Origin: a virus
Lineage: Duplodnaviria; Caudoviricetes
Virus record (IMG/VR): IMGVR_UViG_3300020043_003990
Coordinates: 1-31,399 of that record
Direction: 5' to 3' (one strand)
Length of the DNA stretch: 31,399 nucleotides
A program made the position numbers and the translations under genes. Shown piece by piece: positions 19,078-28,037 of the stretch (positions are counted from its first letter, which is position 1; each line of letters starts with the position of its first letter). Under the pieces are notes generated by a model that saw nothing but the letters and a program-made list of their open reading frames with translations, made no database searches and was not told the DNA's origin.

Positions 19078-19512
19078 ATGGGCGTAATTCAGAACATCAA
19101 AAAAGAGTTGATTACGCAAATCTCTACGATTAGCACCATTAACAAAGTCTATAGCCACGAGAAGCTCAACCCTGACGGCTTCCCCTGCGCTTTTATTACA
19201 TTCGCTGGATCTGATAATGAGTTCTATACGAATGCAGAAAATAAGCGCATTCATTCCTTTCGCATTCTTGCCTTAGCGCAGATCGGACAGGATCGGGATA
19301 ATACGGACGCAGTTGAGCTTGCAGAGCAAACCATTGAAAACATTACTGGCGATGTACTCGATACGCTTGATAGCAATATCACGCTCGGAGATTATGCGCA
19401 GGTAGTTTACATGGAAGCCGCTATTGGCACGCCAAGCTACTATCAGTACGAAGCAGGCTGGGCGCGTGGCATTGAAATTACTGTTAAGGTGCATAGTATT
19501 TACATAGTGTAA
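19078..19512 (+). CDS. Tail terminator protein (putative)
   Basis: Synteny before the tail tube; FPCAFI motif; acidic, 144 aa. Confidence 0.7.
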   Translation: MGVIQNIKKELITQISTISTINKVYSHEKLNPDGFPCAFITFAGSDNEFYTNAENKRIHSFRILALAQIGQDRDNTDAVELAEQTIENITGDVLDTLDSNITLGDYAQVVYMEAAIGTPSYYQYEAGWARGIEITVKVHSIYIV

Positions 19513-19528
19513 AAGGAGTATAAAAAAT

Positions 19529-20497
19529 ATGAGTAAGCACGTTGGACGATTAGGACAACTACTAATTGCAAAAGAAAGCACACGCGGCACAGGCACAATT
19601 ACAAACGGCTTTTGGATACCACGCAGCACGATTAGCTTTGATGACAAAACTGAAACAGCACGAGAGTCTGAAGGAATGGGTAAGCTTGCTGATAGCGATA
19701 GCAACTTTGTTACGCAGCGCATGGCGAGTGGAGAGTTCGAGAGTAACTTAGATGATAAGCTCGCTGGGATTATCCTTACTGGACTTCTCGGAGCTTCGCC
19801 TGTAACTACTGGCGCTAACCCTTACACGCACACATACACGCTCGCAAACTCTAACCAGCACCAGAGCCTGTCTATTTTGTATCAGGATCCTGACTATGCA
19901 GAGCTTTATAGCCTGGGCGTAATAGATAGCCTTAAAATCGTTGTTGAGCAGAATGGCATAGTAAACTTTACTGTCGGACTCTTAAGCCGCGTAGGGCGCT
20001 CGTACACGCGCCAGACAGCTACGTTCAACACGCTTGGCAATAAGTTCTTGCACCAGCACCTCGTATTCAAGCTTGCGACCAACACCGCAGGACTTGCCGC
20101 CGCTAGTGCGATTAGCTTGAAGAAGCTCGAAATCAACTTCACCAAGAACGCCGCGCATGACGTGGTACTCGGAACTGTTGAGCCAGAAGATGTACTGGCT
20201 ACCAACTTCGCCGTAGAAGGATCTATCGAACTCTTGAAGCAAGACGAAACCTACCGCAACCTGATGCTTGACGGCACTTATAAGGCTATGGGTATCAGCT
20301 TTGTGCGCAGCTCGGTCAACTCTAGCCTGGCGATGGAGTTCCCGCGCGTAGACTTCACCGAATGGGAACAGGATCGTGGCCTCGACACAATCGTATCGCA
20401 GAGTATTCAGTTCAAAGCGAACTATGACGCTGCCAATGCTGCTGATATAATCAGCTCGTGCATACTGCTAAATACATACAGCGGAACTGGGTATTAG
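19529..20497 (+). CDS. Major tail tube protein
   Basis: IAKESTRGT N-terminus, YTHTYT, beta-rich; precedes the chaperone and tape measure. Confidence 0.85.
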   Translation: MSKHVGRLGQLLIAKESTRGTGTITNGFWIPRSTISFDDKTETARESEGMGKLADSDSNFVTQRMASGEFESNLDDKLAGIILTGLLGASPVTTGANPYTHTYTLANSNQHQSLSILYQDPDYAELYSLGVIDSLKIVVEQNGIVNFTVGLLSRVGRSYTRQTATFNTLGNKFLHQHLVFKLATNTAGLAAASAISLKKLEINFTKNAAHDVVLGTVEPEDVLATNFAVEGSIELLKQDETYRNLMLDGTYKAMGISFVRSSVNSSLAMEFPRVDFTEWEQDRGLDTIVSQSIQFKANYDAANAADIISSCILLNTYSGTGY

Positions 20498-20532
20498 TAG
20501 CCTGTACAATACTTTTGTGTTATTATTAACAC

Positions 20533-21063
20533 ATGAGAATATGCAAAATAGAAGGCTGTGATAAAAAACTTTGGAGTTATGGCTACTGCGCACAGCATGG
20601 TCAGCGCTTCAAGTTTTATGGCGACCCATTATATCTAAAGTTTGAGCAACATGGAATGCGAAATACTCCAGAGTATAGATCATGGACTCATATGAGGGAT
20701 CGCTGCTATAGAGAAACTGATAAAAGGTATAAAAATTACGGTGGGCGAGGCATATCTGTATGTGATCGCTGGCGCAAAAGTTTTACCGCTTTTTATGAAG
20801 ATATGGGCAAACGCCCGACTGGTAAGCATTCGATAGATCGTATTGACAACAATGGCAATTACGAGCCTAATAACTGCCGCTGGGCTACCAAGCAAGAGCA
20901 AGCTGATAATCGTAGCAATGGCTATCGCTTTACCTATGGCGGTAAAACTCTAACTATTCGGCAATGGTCAAATGAGTCTGGTATAGCGTATGATACGCTT
21001 AGACAACGTTTGTTAAGATATAAATGGTCTATAGAAAAGGCACTTGAAAGGAGAACGATATGA
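20533..21063 (+). CDS. HNH homing endonuclease inserted in the tail operon
   Basis: CKIEGC..YCAQH, YRSWTHMRDRC, YGGRGISVCDRW, SIDRIDNNGNYEPNNCRWAT. Confidence 0.92.
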   Translation: MRICKIEGCDKKLWSYGYCAQHGQRFKFYGDPLYLKFEQHGMRNTPEYRSWTHMRDRCYRETDKRYKNYGGRGISVCDRWRKSFTAFYEDMGKRPTGKHSIDRIDNNGNYEPNNCRWATKQEQADNRSNGYRFTYGGKTLTIRQWSNESGIAYDTLRQRLLRYKWSIEKALERRTI

Positions 21064-21374
21064 TAAAAATTGAAAAGCGTATCTCGCTCGATTTCTTCGG
21101 CGAGGGCTATGCTGATAGTTATGTTATCTTTCAGGCTATTCCAGTCCGAGAGTATGAGGATATTCAGGCAAAGATTGCAACCGTTCAAGAAACAAATAAT
21201 AATCAAGAAGCTATGCAGTTCATGGTGGACTTACTCTCAGATAGGCTTATAAAAGGCGAGATAGCCCAAGACGGTAAGCTCGTAGAGTTTACGAAAGAGG
21301 ATATGCTCGATATGCCAGGTGAGTTCTTTACTGGCGTAATGGAACGGCTCACAGGACAAGACCCAAAAGCATAG
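21060..21374 (+). CDS. Tail assembly chaperone (gpG-like)
   Basis: Between tail tube and tape measure; ends in slippery C CCA AAA (21362-21368). Confidence 0.8.
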   Translation: MIKIEKRISLDFFGEGYADSYVIFQAIPVREYEDIQAKIATVQETNNNQEAMQFMVDLLSDRLIKGEIAQDGKLVEFTKEDMLDMPGEFFTGVMERLTGQDPKA

Positions 21375-21574
21375 AGGACATTGAGGACGCGATATTTAAT
21401 GAGCGCTCCCAAATGCCCTTAGCAATCCAGAAATACCTCTATCGCAAGCTCTTTGGCTTATCTGCACAAGAGTTAGCAGATGAGCCTGTTGATGACTTCT
21501 TTACTAACCTCAAGATATATAGTTTTATAAGTAAGAAGCAAGAAATTATGAGCAAGCACGCAGGAGGCAATTAA
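21060..21574 (+). CDS. Tail assembly chaperone gpGT-like -1 frameshift product
   Basis: The -1 frame is open from 21368 (SIEDIEDAIFNERSQMPLAIQKYLYRKLFGLSAQEL...) to TAA 21572-21574. Confidence 0.8.
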
Positions 21575-21575
21575 G

Positions 21576-23207
21576 TTGGCTGCAGAAGCACAAATCAAAG
21601 CAGTTATTACCGCAGATGATAGGGCAAGCCAGACCCTAGATAACTTCGGTGGGAAAATGGGCGGCATAGGCAAGCTGGGCGCGGTTGCGGCTGCTGGCAT
21701 TGCTGTAGCTGGTGCTGCTGCTGTCGCCTTCGGCGTTGAGTCTACGAAAGCGTTCATGGAGTCAGAGCTGGCTATCTCACAAACAAACGCAGTGCTTAAA
21801 TCTACGGGCGGCATAGCGGGCGTTACAGCAGATCAAGTCAATAAACTTTCCACCGAACTCCAAAGCAACACTCGCTACTCAGATGAGCAAGCACGTTCAG
21901 CACAGAATATGCTGCTCACATTCACAAACATTGGCAAAGACGTATTCCCAGACGCAACGCGAGCCGTAGCAGATATGGCGACAGCAATGGGTACAGACCT
22001 CACACAAACTTCTATTCAGGTGGGTAAGGCGCTGCAGGATCCAGTTCTCGGAGTAACCGCCTTGCAGCGTGTTGGTGTTCGGCTCTCTGAAAGCCAAAAA
22101 GACCTCGTAAAAGATTTAGTAGCAGTTGGGGATACTGCTGGAGCGCAGCGCGTTATCATCGCAGAGCTGACTAAAGAGTTCGGAGGATCCGCAGAAGCCG
22201 CTGGCAATACCTTCGCTGGCTCTTTGGACAAAGTAAAAAATATGTTCAACGACCTTATGGAAACAATCGGTGGCGGCATAGCAGAAAAACTTACGCCAGC
22301 AATCGCATGGGCGCAAGCTCTTATTCAGCAATGGAGTGATGGCTCTAATCCAGTACTAGAAAATATTAAGGCTGCCTTCGGTGCGCTATTCACAGGATTA
22401 CAACAGTTCTGGAGCTTCCTCGTAACTACTTTTAAGCCCGTATGGGATCTGCTCGTAGCTACATTCGTGCAGAACGTATTGCCCGCCTTGAAGCAACTCT
22501 GGAATGAGATACAATTCAACCTCATGCCAACGCTACGAGAGTTCTGGGCGCAGAATAAAGATTGGCTTATACCCACGCTGCAAGCTTTAGGCTTTATTAT
22601 CGGTGTAGTTGTAGTCGCTTCGCTGCTTATCTTTATAGGTATATTGCGAACGGTTATTAAAATAGTATCAGCAGTCGCCGCAGCGTTTACGGACTTCGGG
22701 CGCTGGGTTGAAAACACCTCGTATAGTGTTACAACTTCTTTTATAAATATGAAGCGAGGTATTGAGCAAGCGGTATCGGGTATTTATGACACCATAACTA
22801 AACCATTCCGCGATGCTTTCAACTGGGTAAAAGACGCAGCTAAGGGCGTGAAAGACGCAGTAGCGGGCGCATTGGATCCGAACAAGCGCCACAGTCCTTC
22901 GCTTGTCGATAAGATTACGATTGGAACGGCTGATATTAAGAAGCAATACGGTGGACTCTTTACGGATATGCAAGGCTTAAGTACGGGCTTCAAGGTTGCA
23001 GATATGGTAGCAACGCCACAGCCAACGCAAGGACAAGCACCAGCTACAATCACACGACAGCAGGAAACAGCAATTAACATTTCACTCTCGGGTATTTTCA
23101 CAGGCACGCCTGGTGAAGCTCGCAAGCTTGCTGAAATGGTGGCAGCCAATCTGAAAACTATTGCTAACAGCCGCAATATTACGGTGGCAGAAATGATGGG
23201 AGTATAG
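21576..23207 (+). CDS. Tape measure protein (543 aa)
   Basis: AGGAGG RBS with TTG start; Ala/Gly-rich helical; GKALQDPVLGVTALQRVGV; periodic W/F repeats. Confidence 0.92.
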   Translation: MAAEAQIKAVITADDRASQTLDNFGGKMGGIGKLGAVAAAGIAVAGAAAVAFGVESTKAFMESELAISQTNAVLKSTGGIAGVTADQVNKLSTELQSNTRYSDEQARSAQNMLLTFTNIGKDVFPDATRAVADMATAMGTDLTQTSIQVGKALQDPVLGVTALQRVGVRLSESQKDLVKDLVAVGDTAGAQRVIIAELTKEFGGSAEAAGNTFAGSLDKVKNMFNDLMETIGGGIAEKLTPAIAWAQALIQQWSDGSNPVLENIKAAFGALFTGLQQFWSFLVTTFKPVWDLLVATFVQNVLPALKQLWNEIQFNLMPTLREFWAQNKDWLIPTLQALGFIIGVVVVASLLIFIGILRTVIKIVSAVAAAFTDFGRWVENTSYSVTTSFINMKRGIEQAVSGIYDTITKPFRDAFNWVKDAAKGVKDAVAGALDPNKRHSPSLVDKITIGTADIKKQYGGLFTDMQGLSTGFKVADMVATPQPTQGQAPATITRQQETAINISLSGIFTGTPGEARKLAEMVAANLKTIANSRNITVAEMMGV

Positions 23208-23208
23208 C

Positions 23209-23574
23209 ATGGCGTATGTATTAGGCGGGGTAGAAATAAGAAACCCAATATCAGTAAGTGAGAAAAAGATTGAGCGCTTTGCGCAAGTGCAAACGCTGGA
23301 CGGACGTATTCATCGGGATTATTACAACTCGCTGGTTGGCACTAAGCATATCTGGACGCTAGATTTCAAGAACGCTACTGCTGCGGAGTATTCAGCTATC
23401 AAGACTATTTATGATACCTATAAAAATACTGATACCGTTCAGACGTGGGAAGTAACCGAAACAAACTTTACTGTCGCAGAAACGAATGTGCATATAGACT
23501 TAATCGAGCGTAAGTTCTCTACGCCTGGAACTGATTACCTGGCAGACTTTCAGCTTGTACTGACGGAGTCATAA
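23209..23574 (+). CDS. Distal tail (Dit-like) protein
   Basis: Directly after the tape measure; TLDGRIHRD..WTLDF; ends LVLTES. Confidence 0.65.
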   Translation: MAYVLGGVEIRNPISVSEKKIERFAQVQTLDGRIHRDYYNSLVGTKHIWTLDFKNATAAEYSAIKTIYDTYKNTDTVQTWEVTETNFTVAETNVHIDLIERKFSTPGTDYLADFQLVLTES

Positions 23575-25118
23575 TGAGAGCAGTTGAGAATGCTTGGAGT
23601 GTAGAAGCATACGATAACTACCGTAATGTCAGCCAGTCCACGCAAGTCGCCTGGAAGAAGGCATACAACGCAACGTATCGCCCTTTTACTGTTGGCGTTT
23701 CTCTAATTGGCGCGGGCGATGGTATCGCTTCAGAGGGTGCTATTACTTCTGACTGGAATAATTATAGTTACACCAACGAAACGGACTATGTGGTATCGGT
23801 TGAATATGAACGCCGCTTAAATATGCCGCTCGGTGGACTCTCCACTGCACTTGCAAATGTCAGCTTAGATAATACCACTGGACGCTTTACGCCGCGCATT
23901 GCTGGCGGATCGAGCGAACTCTTTACGGCACAACTACCTCGTAGACCGATTATTATTAACGCGGGCTTTGATTACAACGGTATTAACAACCAGATACCGC
24001 AGTTTGTTGGGCTTACAACGAAAACACCCGAATACTCCCGCCGTTCGGCAGTCGTGAAACTTGAAGCAAATGATTTCATTGGCTATCTGCAAAATAAATA
24101 TATTGACCAGACTTCTATGTACACCGCACAGCGTTCGGATCAGATTATTGAAACGCTGCTTACTGACTTAGGCTTTGCTACGGCGCAGTATGAGCTAGAC
24201 ACAGGCATAAATATTATTCCCTTCGCTATGTTCGAGAAGGGTACACGCTTCTCCGAAGCAATCCACCAAATAGCGCAAGCCGAGAATGCGCACGTGTACC
24301 AAGATGAAGAAGGCGTAATTCGTTTTGAGAATCGACAGCACTGGGATAACTTCCCCTATACAGAAGTGCAAAGAGTGCTGCCAACGAGCATGGTGATAGA
24401 CGCTGAAGTTGTGGGCGAGGATCATATTATCAACGTAGTAGAAGTTGAGAGCGATGTGCGAGAGAAACAGCCCGCGCAACCTATCTGGCAACTCTCCAGC
24501 AGCATTGAAATAGCTGCAGGATCAACCGAAGAAGTATTTGTAAGCTTTGAGGATCCAATTCTTGAAGCCTATCAGCCTTCGGGTTATGTGGCAAACTCTG
24601 CAAGTAACGGCTCTGGTACGGACTTATCTGCAAGCGTAAGCATTCAAGTCTTTGACGCATTCGCCCAAGCTGCGAAGATCCGCTTTTATAATAGCTCTAC
24701 TTCCACCGCATATGTTACAAGCCTTATTATCTTCGGACGACCAGCGAAGATTACAAGCCAAGTGTACTACCGAGAGCAGCGTGATCTTTCGGTTACGGCT
24801 TATGAGGAGCGCCCGATAAAGATATCTAATCCGTATATTCAGAATAAGAGCTGGGCGCAGAGTTACGCAGGGCTTATCTTGAATGATTATGCGGACGGTG
24901 AGAACTTACAAAACATTAAGATCCGAGCATTGCCTGAACTGCAGTTTGGCGATTTGGTAAGCTGGCAAGGGCGCTACTGGCGCGTGTATGGCATTCGCAC
25001 AGTTGTAAGCTCCAATGAAGGCTTTGTGCAAGAGCTAAATCTCTTGCAGCGTGATCTCATCACCTACTTTAGAATTGGAATTAGCTCAATCGGCAGCGTG
25101 GATCAAATAGCACCATAA
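23574..25118 (+). CDS. Tail tip/baseplate hub protein
   Basis: LDNTTGRF, IAQAENAHVYQDEEGVIRFENR, PELQFGDLV; synteny. Confidence 0.7.
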   Translation: MRAVENAWSVEAYDNYRNVSQSTQVAWKKAYNATYRPFTVGVSLIGAGDGIASEGAITSDWNNYSYTNETDYVVSVEYERRLNMPLGGLSTALANVSLDNTTGRFTPRIAGGSSELFTAQLPRRPIIINAGFDYNGINNQIPQFVGLTTKTPEYSRRSAVVKLEANDFIGYLQNKYIDQTSMYTAQRSDQIIETLLTDLGFATAQYELDTGINIIPFAMFEKGTRFSEAIHQIAQAENAHVYQDEEGVIRFENRQHWDNFPYTEVQRVLPTSMVIDAEVVGEDHIINVVEVESDVREKQPAQPIWQLSSSIEIAAGSTEEVFVSFEDPILEAYQPSGYVANSASNGSGTDLSASVSIQVFDAFAQAAKIRFYNSSTSTAYVTSLIIFGRPAKITSQVYYREQRDLSVTAYEERPIKISNPYIQNKSWAQSYAGLILNDYADGENLQNIKIRALPELQFGDLVSWQGRYWRVYGIRTVVSSNEGFVQELNLLQRDLITYFRIGISSIGSVDQIAP

Positions 25119-25128
25119 GGAGAAAACT

Positions 25129-25629
25129 ATGCCAACAAACTTACCACAACTTGCGACAGAGCAGCTTTCAGGAATGCCAGACCAATTCAAGCGGACTGTT
25201 CTTAAGCGTGGCAGCGCTACATTGACGCTTTCTTCTGCCGTTACAAACTCAACAGGCTTTCAAGGCTCAACAAGCATAGATATAACTGACACCTATATTG
25301 CTACTACGCTTGCTGACGGATCGCCTACATTCGTATTGCCAAAAGCAGAAGTCAGCTCGATATTACTAAGCTCTGGCTCTGGGCTGCCAAGCGTTGTGCC
25401 TATGCCTTATACAAAGTTCACAACCTCGAACGCAGTAGAAGCTGCGGGTTATTTTGACATAACCTATTCTGTAAACGTAGTGCCAACAGAGCGCGTCTAT
25501 GTGTACTTGAATGTCTATCTGCGCATGAGCAGCACGATGATAGCAGCGTACCAATCTGTGTATGGGATCTATTACACGATATATTCAGAAGGCTCGTATG
25601 CCTTTGATAATTGGGATTACAAAAGCTAG
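25129..25629 (+). CDS. Minor tail protein (hypothetical)
   Basis: AAGGAG RBS; S/T-rich beta protein in the tail module. Confidence 0.6.
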   Translation: MPTNLPQLATEQLSGMPDQFKRTVLKRGSATLTLSSAVTNSTGFQGSTSIDITDTYIATTLADGSPTFVLPKAEVSSILLSSGSGLPSVVPMPYTKFTTSNAVEAAGYFDITYSVNVVPTERVYVYLNVYLRMSSTMIAAYQSVYGIYYTIYSEGSYAFDNWDYKS

Positions 25630-25661
25630 TTATTGACGAGAGCTAGATTTCGTACTTAAGT
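25628..25661 (+). promoter_or_regulatory. Promoter-like element TTGACG-N17-TTAAGT
   Basis: AGTTATTGACG overlapping the stop; ATG follows 6 nt after the -10. Confidence 0.55.
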
Positions 25662-25667
25662 ATAAGT

Positions 25668-25982
25668 ATGCACAAGGCGTATACAATCACCTGCAAGAAG
25701 TGTGGCGCAAGCCGAGATATTCGATTATTCACTTCATCACAAGGGGAAGTGATAGACTGGCTCGATAATAATCCAGATCCAAACCAAGCCAAGATTGTAT
25801 CAGGGCGCAAGCGCCTCGATGGATTATGGGGTTGGGAATGTATGTGCGGCAATAACGATATTCTTACTAACCAAGAACGCCGCATGATGAGCAATCCAGC
25901 AGCGCCAGATCCTAAAACAGTTATTGAAATTAGTAAGAATGTAAAAGTGCAAGCGCCCAAGTTCGCAATGGAGGGAAAGTAA
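25668..25982 (+). CDS. Small Zn-ribbon-like protein
   Basis: CKKC ... CMC. Confidence 0.65.
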   Translation: MHKAYTITCKKCGASRDIRLFTSSQGEVIDWLDNNPDPNQAKIVSGRKRLDGLWGWECMCGNNDILTNQERRMMSNPAAPDPKTVIEISKNVKVQAPKFAMEGK

Positions 25983-26531
25983 ATGGCATACGCAAGTTGG
26001 AGTGTAGTATTCGGAGAACAGCCTTCGGCAGCGAAGTGGAATATTCTCGGTACAAATGACGCAAGTTTTAATGATGGTACAGGAATAGGCGATAACGCTA
26101 TCGCAGCTCGGAGTCTGGCTACTAATGCAATTAAACTTGGATATAGCGCACTTACCGCAGACGCGGCAAGTTCAGGCACTACAAACACAGACGTAGCTGG
26201 ACTAGCTACAACCGTTACTGTTCCATCTGGGTCAAGATCGGTTTTAATTATACTCAGCGGAATAATACAGCATAATGGCACTTCCAACTCGAATATTACA
26301 ATATGGGATGGTGCAGTCGGTGGTACGGCTATTGGTGGCATTCTACAATCATCTGCTACCGGTGGTCATTTATACAGTGTAGGGCTAACCATTTTACAAA
26401 CTCCCAGTGCAGGATCAAAAACATATAGGGTTTCTGTACAGACTTCTACTGGTAGCACTTCACTAAGGGGAACTGCATCTCCTGCTGCTGGCACACCAGG
26501 ACCATCAACCTTAACAATCTTAGCTATCTAA
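25983..26531 (+). CDS. Short tail fibre / receptor-binding-like protein
   Basis: W.V.FGEQPSAAKWN N-terminus; G/S/T-rich beta domain (PSAGSKTYRV). Confidence 0.65.
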   Translation: MAYASWSVVFGEQPSAAKWNILGTNDASFNDGTGIGDNAIAARSLATNAIKLGYSALTADAASSGTTNTDVAGLATTVTVPSGSRSVLIILSGIIQHNGTSNSNITIWDGAVGGTAIGGILQSSATGGHLYSVGLTILQTPSAGSKTYRVSVQTSTGSTSLRGTASPAAGTPGPSTLTILAI

Positions 26532-26563
26532 TGAGGCAGGGCACTTACGAATCGGTTTAGCAT

Positions 26564-26890
26564 ATGGAAGTCATGCAAATTCTCTCTTACGCCACAGCCC
26601 TAGTCGCTATCTTGGCGATTGCTTCGGCTGCTCGTCAGAGAGATACTATCAATGTCTGGAAGGGAAACAGCGAAGCTCTACAGGAACAAGTCAATATCTT
26701 AAAAGAAGAAACCAAGCAGTGTGCTGCTGACCACCTCGTCTCACGGGGACAGATTGCCGAACTCAAGGGGCAACTGGCAGACTTCCGTGATCTTCCGCTA
26801 AAAGAAATACAAGAAACTCAAGCTGAAATATTGAATACCCAAAAGGAAATCGTAAAATTACTAACCAGCATAAAGGGGAATACACAATGA
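26564..26890 (+). CDS. Membrane protein with coiled coil (holin or lysis accessory)
   Basis: N-terminal hydrophobic helix; ATGA-coupled to the endolysin. Confidence 0.6.
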   Translation: MEVMQILSYATALVAILAIASAARQRDTINVWKGNSEALQEQVNILKEETKQCAADHLVSRGQIAELKGQLADFRDLPLKEIQETQAEILNTQKEIVKLLTSIKGNTQ

Positions 26891-27693
26891 GCGTCACTCT
26901 TCAGCAATTTATGAACGCCTGGCAGGGGAAGAAAGTACCTAGCCGAGGCGGTATCACAGGACAATGCGTTTCACTGGTTCAGCACTGGGCAGAAGACCAG
27001 GGGATAGGTGGTACACCAGTCTTCCCAGTTCCATCGGCCTATCTTATGGCTGGTAAGCGACCAGACGCTTTTACCTGGGTAGCTAACACCCCTACAGGCG
27101 TTCCGTCACCAGGAGATATTGTAGTCTTCAGTAATAAGGTAGGTGGTGGACATGGACACACAGGAATCGTCGTATCAGCTAACACTCGTACCCTTGATGT
27201 GTTCCAGCAAAATGACCCAATGGGTTCGGGAGCGTATACTAAAAGATATACCTATGCCAATGTGCTAGGGTGGCTCAAGTTTAAACAAGCAGCTCCAGCT
27301 GCACAAGGAGATATTATGGATACTAATGCAGGGAAACAACTTTACCTTACAGGCTTACACCGCCCAGCTGAGAACGATGGAGCAGCTGCTCAGTGGAATG
27401 GCCGTAAACCAGCTGATGCCCTACAGGTACTCAGAGACACTCCAGAATGGCAGATGACTGACCGTAAAGTAAAAGACTACGATGTACTCGCTAAGCAGGT
27501 TCAGGAGCTATCAGCTCGCCCTACAAAGGCAGAACTCGAAGCTATCACCAATCAGCTAAAAGTAAGTGCTGATAAGGTTGCCGAGCTAGAAAAACAAGTT
27601 ACGCAAGAACAAGCAAACGAAACCGAAGCAGAGGCTATTGTTCAGCAAGGACAAAGCTGGCTGCAGAAGCTATTAAATTGGAGGAAGAAATAA
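26887..27693 (+). CDS. CHAP-domain endolysin
   Basis: GQCVSLV (catalytic Cys), PGDIVVF, GHGHTGIV (His), FQQN; C-terminal coiled coil and amphipathic WLQKLLNWRKK. Confidence 0.88.
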   Translation: MSVTLQQFMNAWQGKKVPSRGGITGQCVSLVQHWAEDQGIGGTPVFPVPSAYLMAGKRPDAFTWVANTPTGVPSPGDIVVFSNKVGGGHGHTGIVVSANTRTLDVFQQNDPMGSGAYTKRYTYANVLGWLKFKQAAPAAQGDIMDTNAGKQLYLTGLHRPAENDGAAAQWNGRKPADALQVLRDTPEWQMTDRKVKDYDVLAKQVQELSARPTKAELEAITNQLKVSADKVAELEKQVTQEQANETEAEAIVQQGQSWLQKLLNWRKK

Positions 27694-27899
27694 TGAGTAA
27701 GACAGCAATCGAAACAATTAAATTCGTAGTTCGTATGGCGCTTTTAATACTCGTACCAGTGCTTGTAGCACAAGCTGCAGAGCTTACTGGCACATGGCAA
27801 ACACTTGTAGGCGTTGCGCTTCCAGTACTCTTGCCGATTATCGACAAGTGGATTTACCTTGATGAGAGAATACCCGCTAGAGGGATTGTTCCTTTCTGA
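27693..27899 (+). CDS. Holin (putative, two transmembrane segments)
   Basis: TAATG coupling; two hydrophobic helices; follows the lysin. Confidence 0.7.
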   Translation: MSKTAIETIKFVVRMALLILVPVLVAQAAELTGTWQTLVGVALPVLLPIIDKWIYLDERIPARGIVPF

Positions 27900-27912
27900 T
27901 ATACTAGACGCG

Positions 27913-27952
27913 GGCATATTAGACCGCCCACAGGCATACTAGCCAGCCCACA
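27913..27952. repeat. Tandem 20-bp direct repeat (2 copies, 17/20 identical)
   Basis: GGCATATTAGACCGCCCACA / GGCATACTAGCCAGCCCACA; partial ATACTAGAC copy at 27901. Confidence 0.75.
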
Positions 27953-27965
27953 GATCAAGCAGAGA

Positions 27966-27994
27966 AGCACCGTTATTTTATGCGGTGCTTTTTT
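27966..27994 (+). terminator. Intrinsic terminator ending the lysis operon
   Basis: AAGCACCG...CGGTGCTT followed by T run. Confidence 0.85.
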
Positions 27995-28000
27995 GTTGGG

Positions 28001-28029
28001 TTGATCTGCGCTCGAGCATTGAGTACAAT
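28001..28029 (+). promoter_or_regulatory. Sigma70-type promoter TTGATC-N17-TACAAT
   Basis: Consensus match and spacing; predicted start near 28036. Confidence 0.7.
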
Positions 28030-28037
28030 GGATCCAC

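Noticed and set aside
20498-21063. Group I intron carrying the HNH
   Set aside because: Flanking genes are intact and there is no room for a ribozyme core; the HNH is free-standing
1374-27847. Numerous minus-strand ORFs of 60-230 aa within the structural region
   Set aside because: Antisense shadows of well-supported + strand genes
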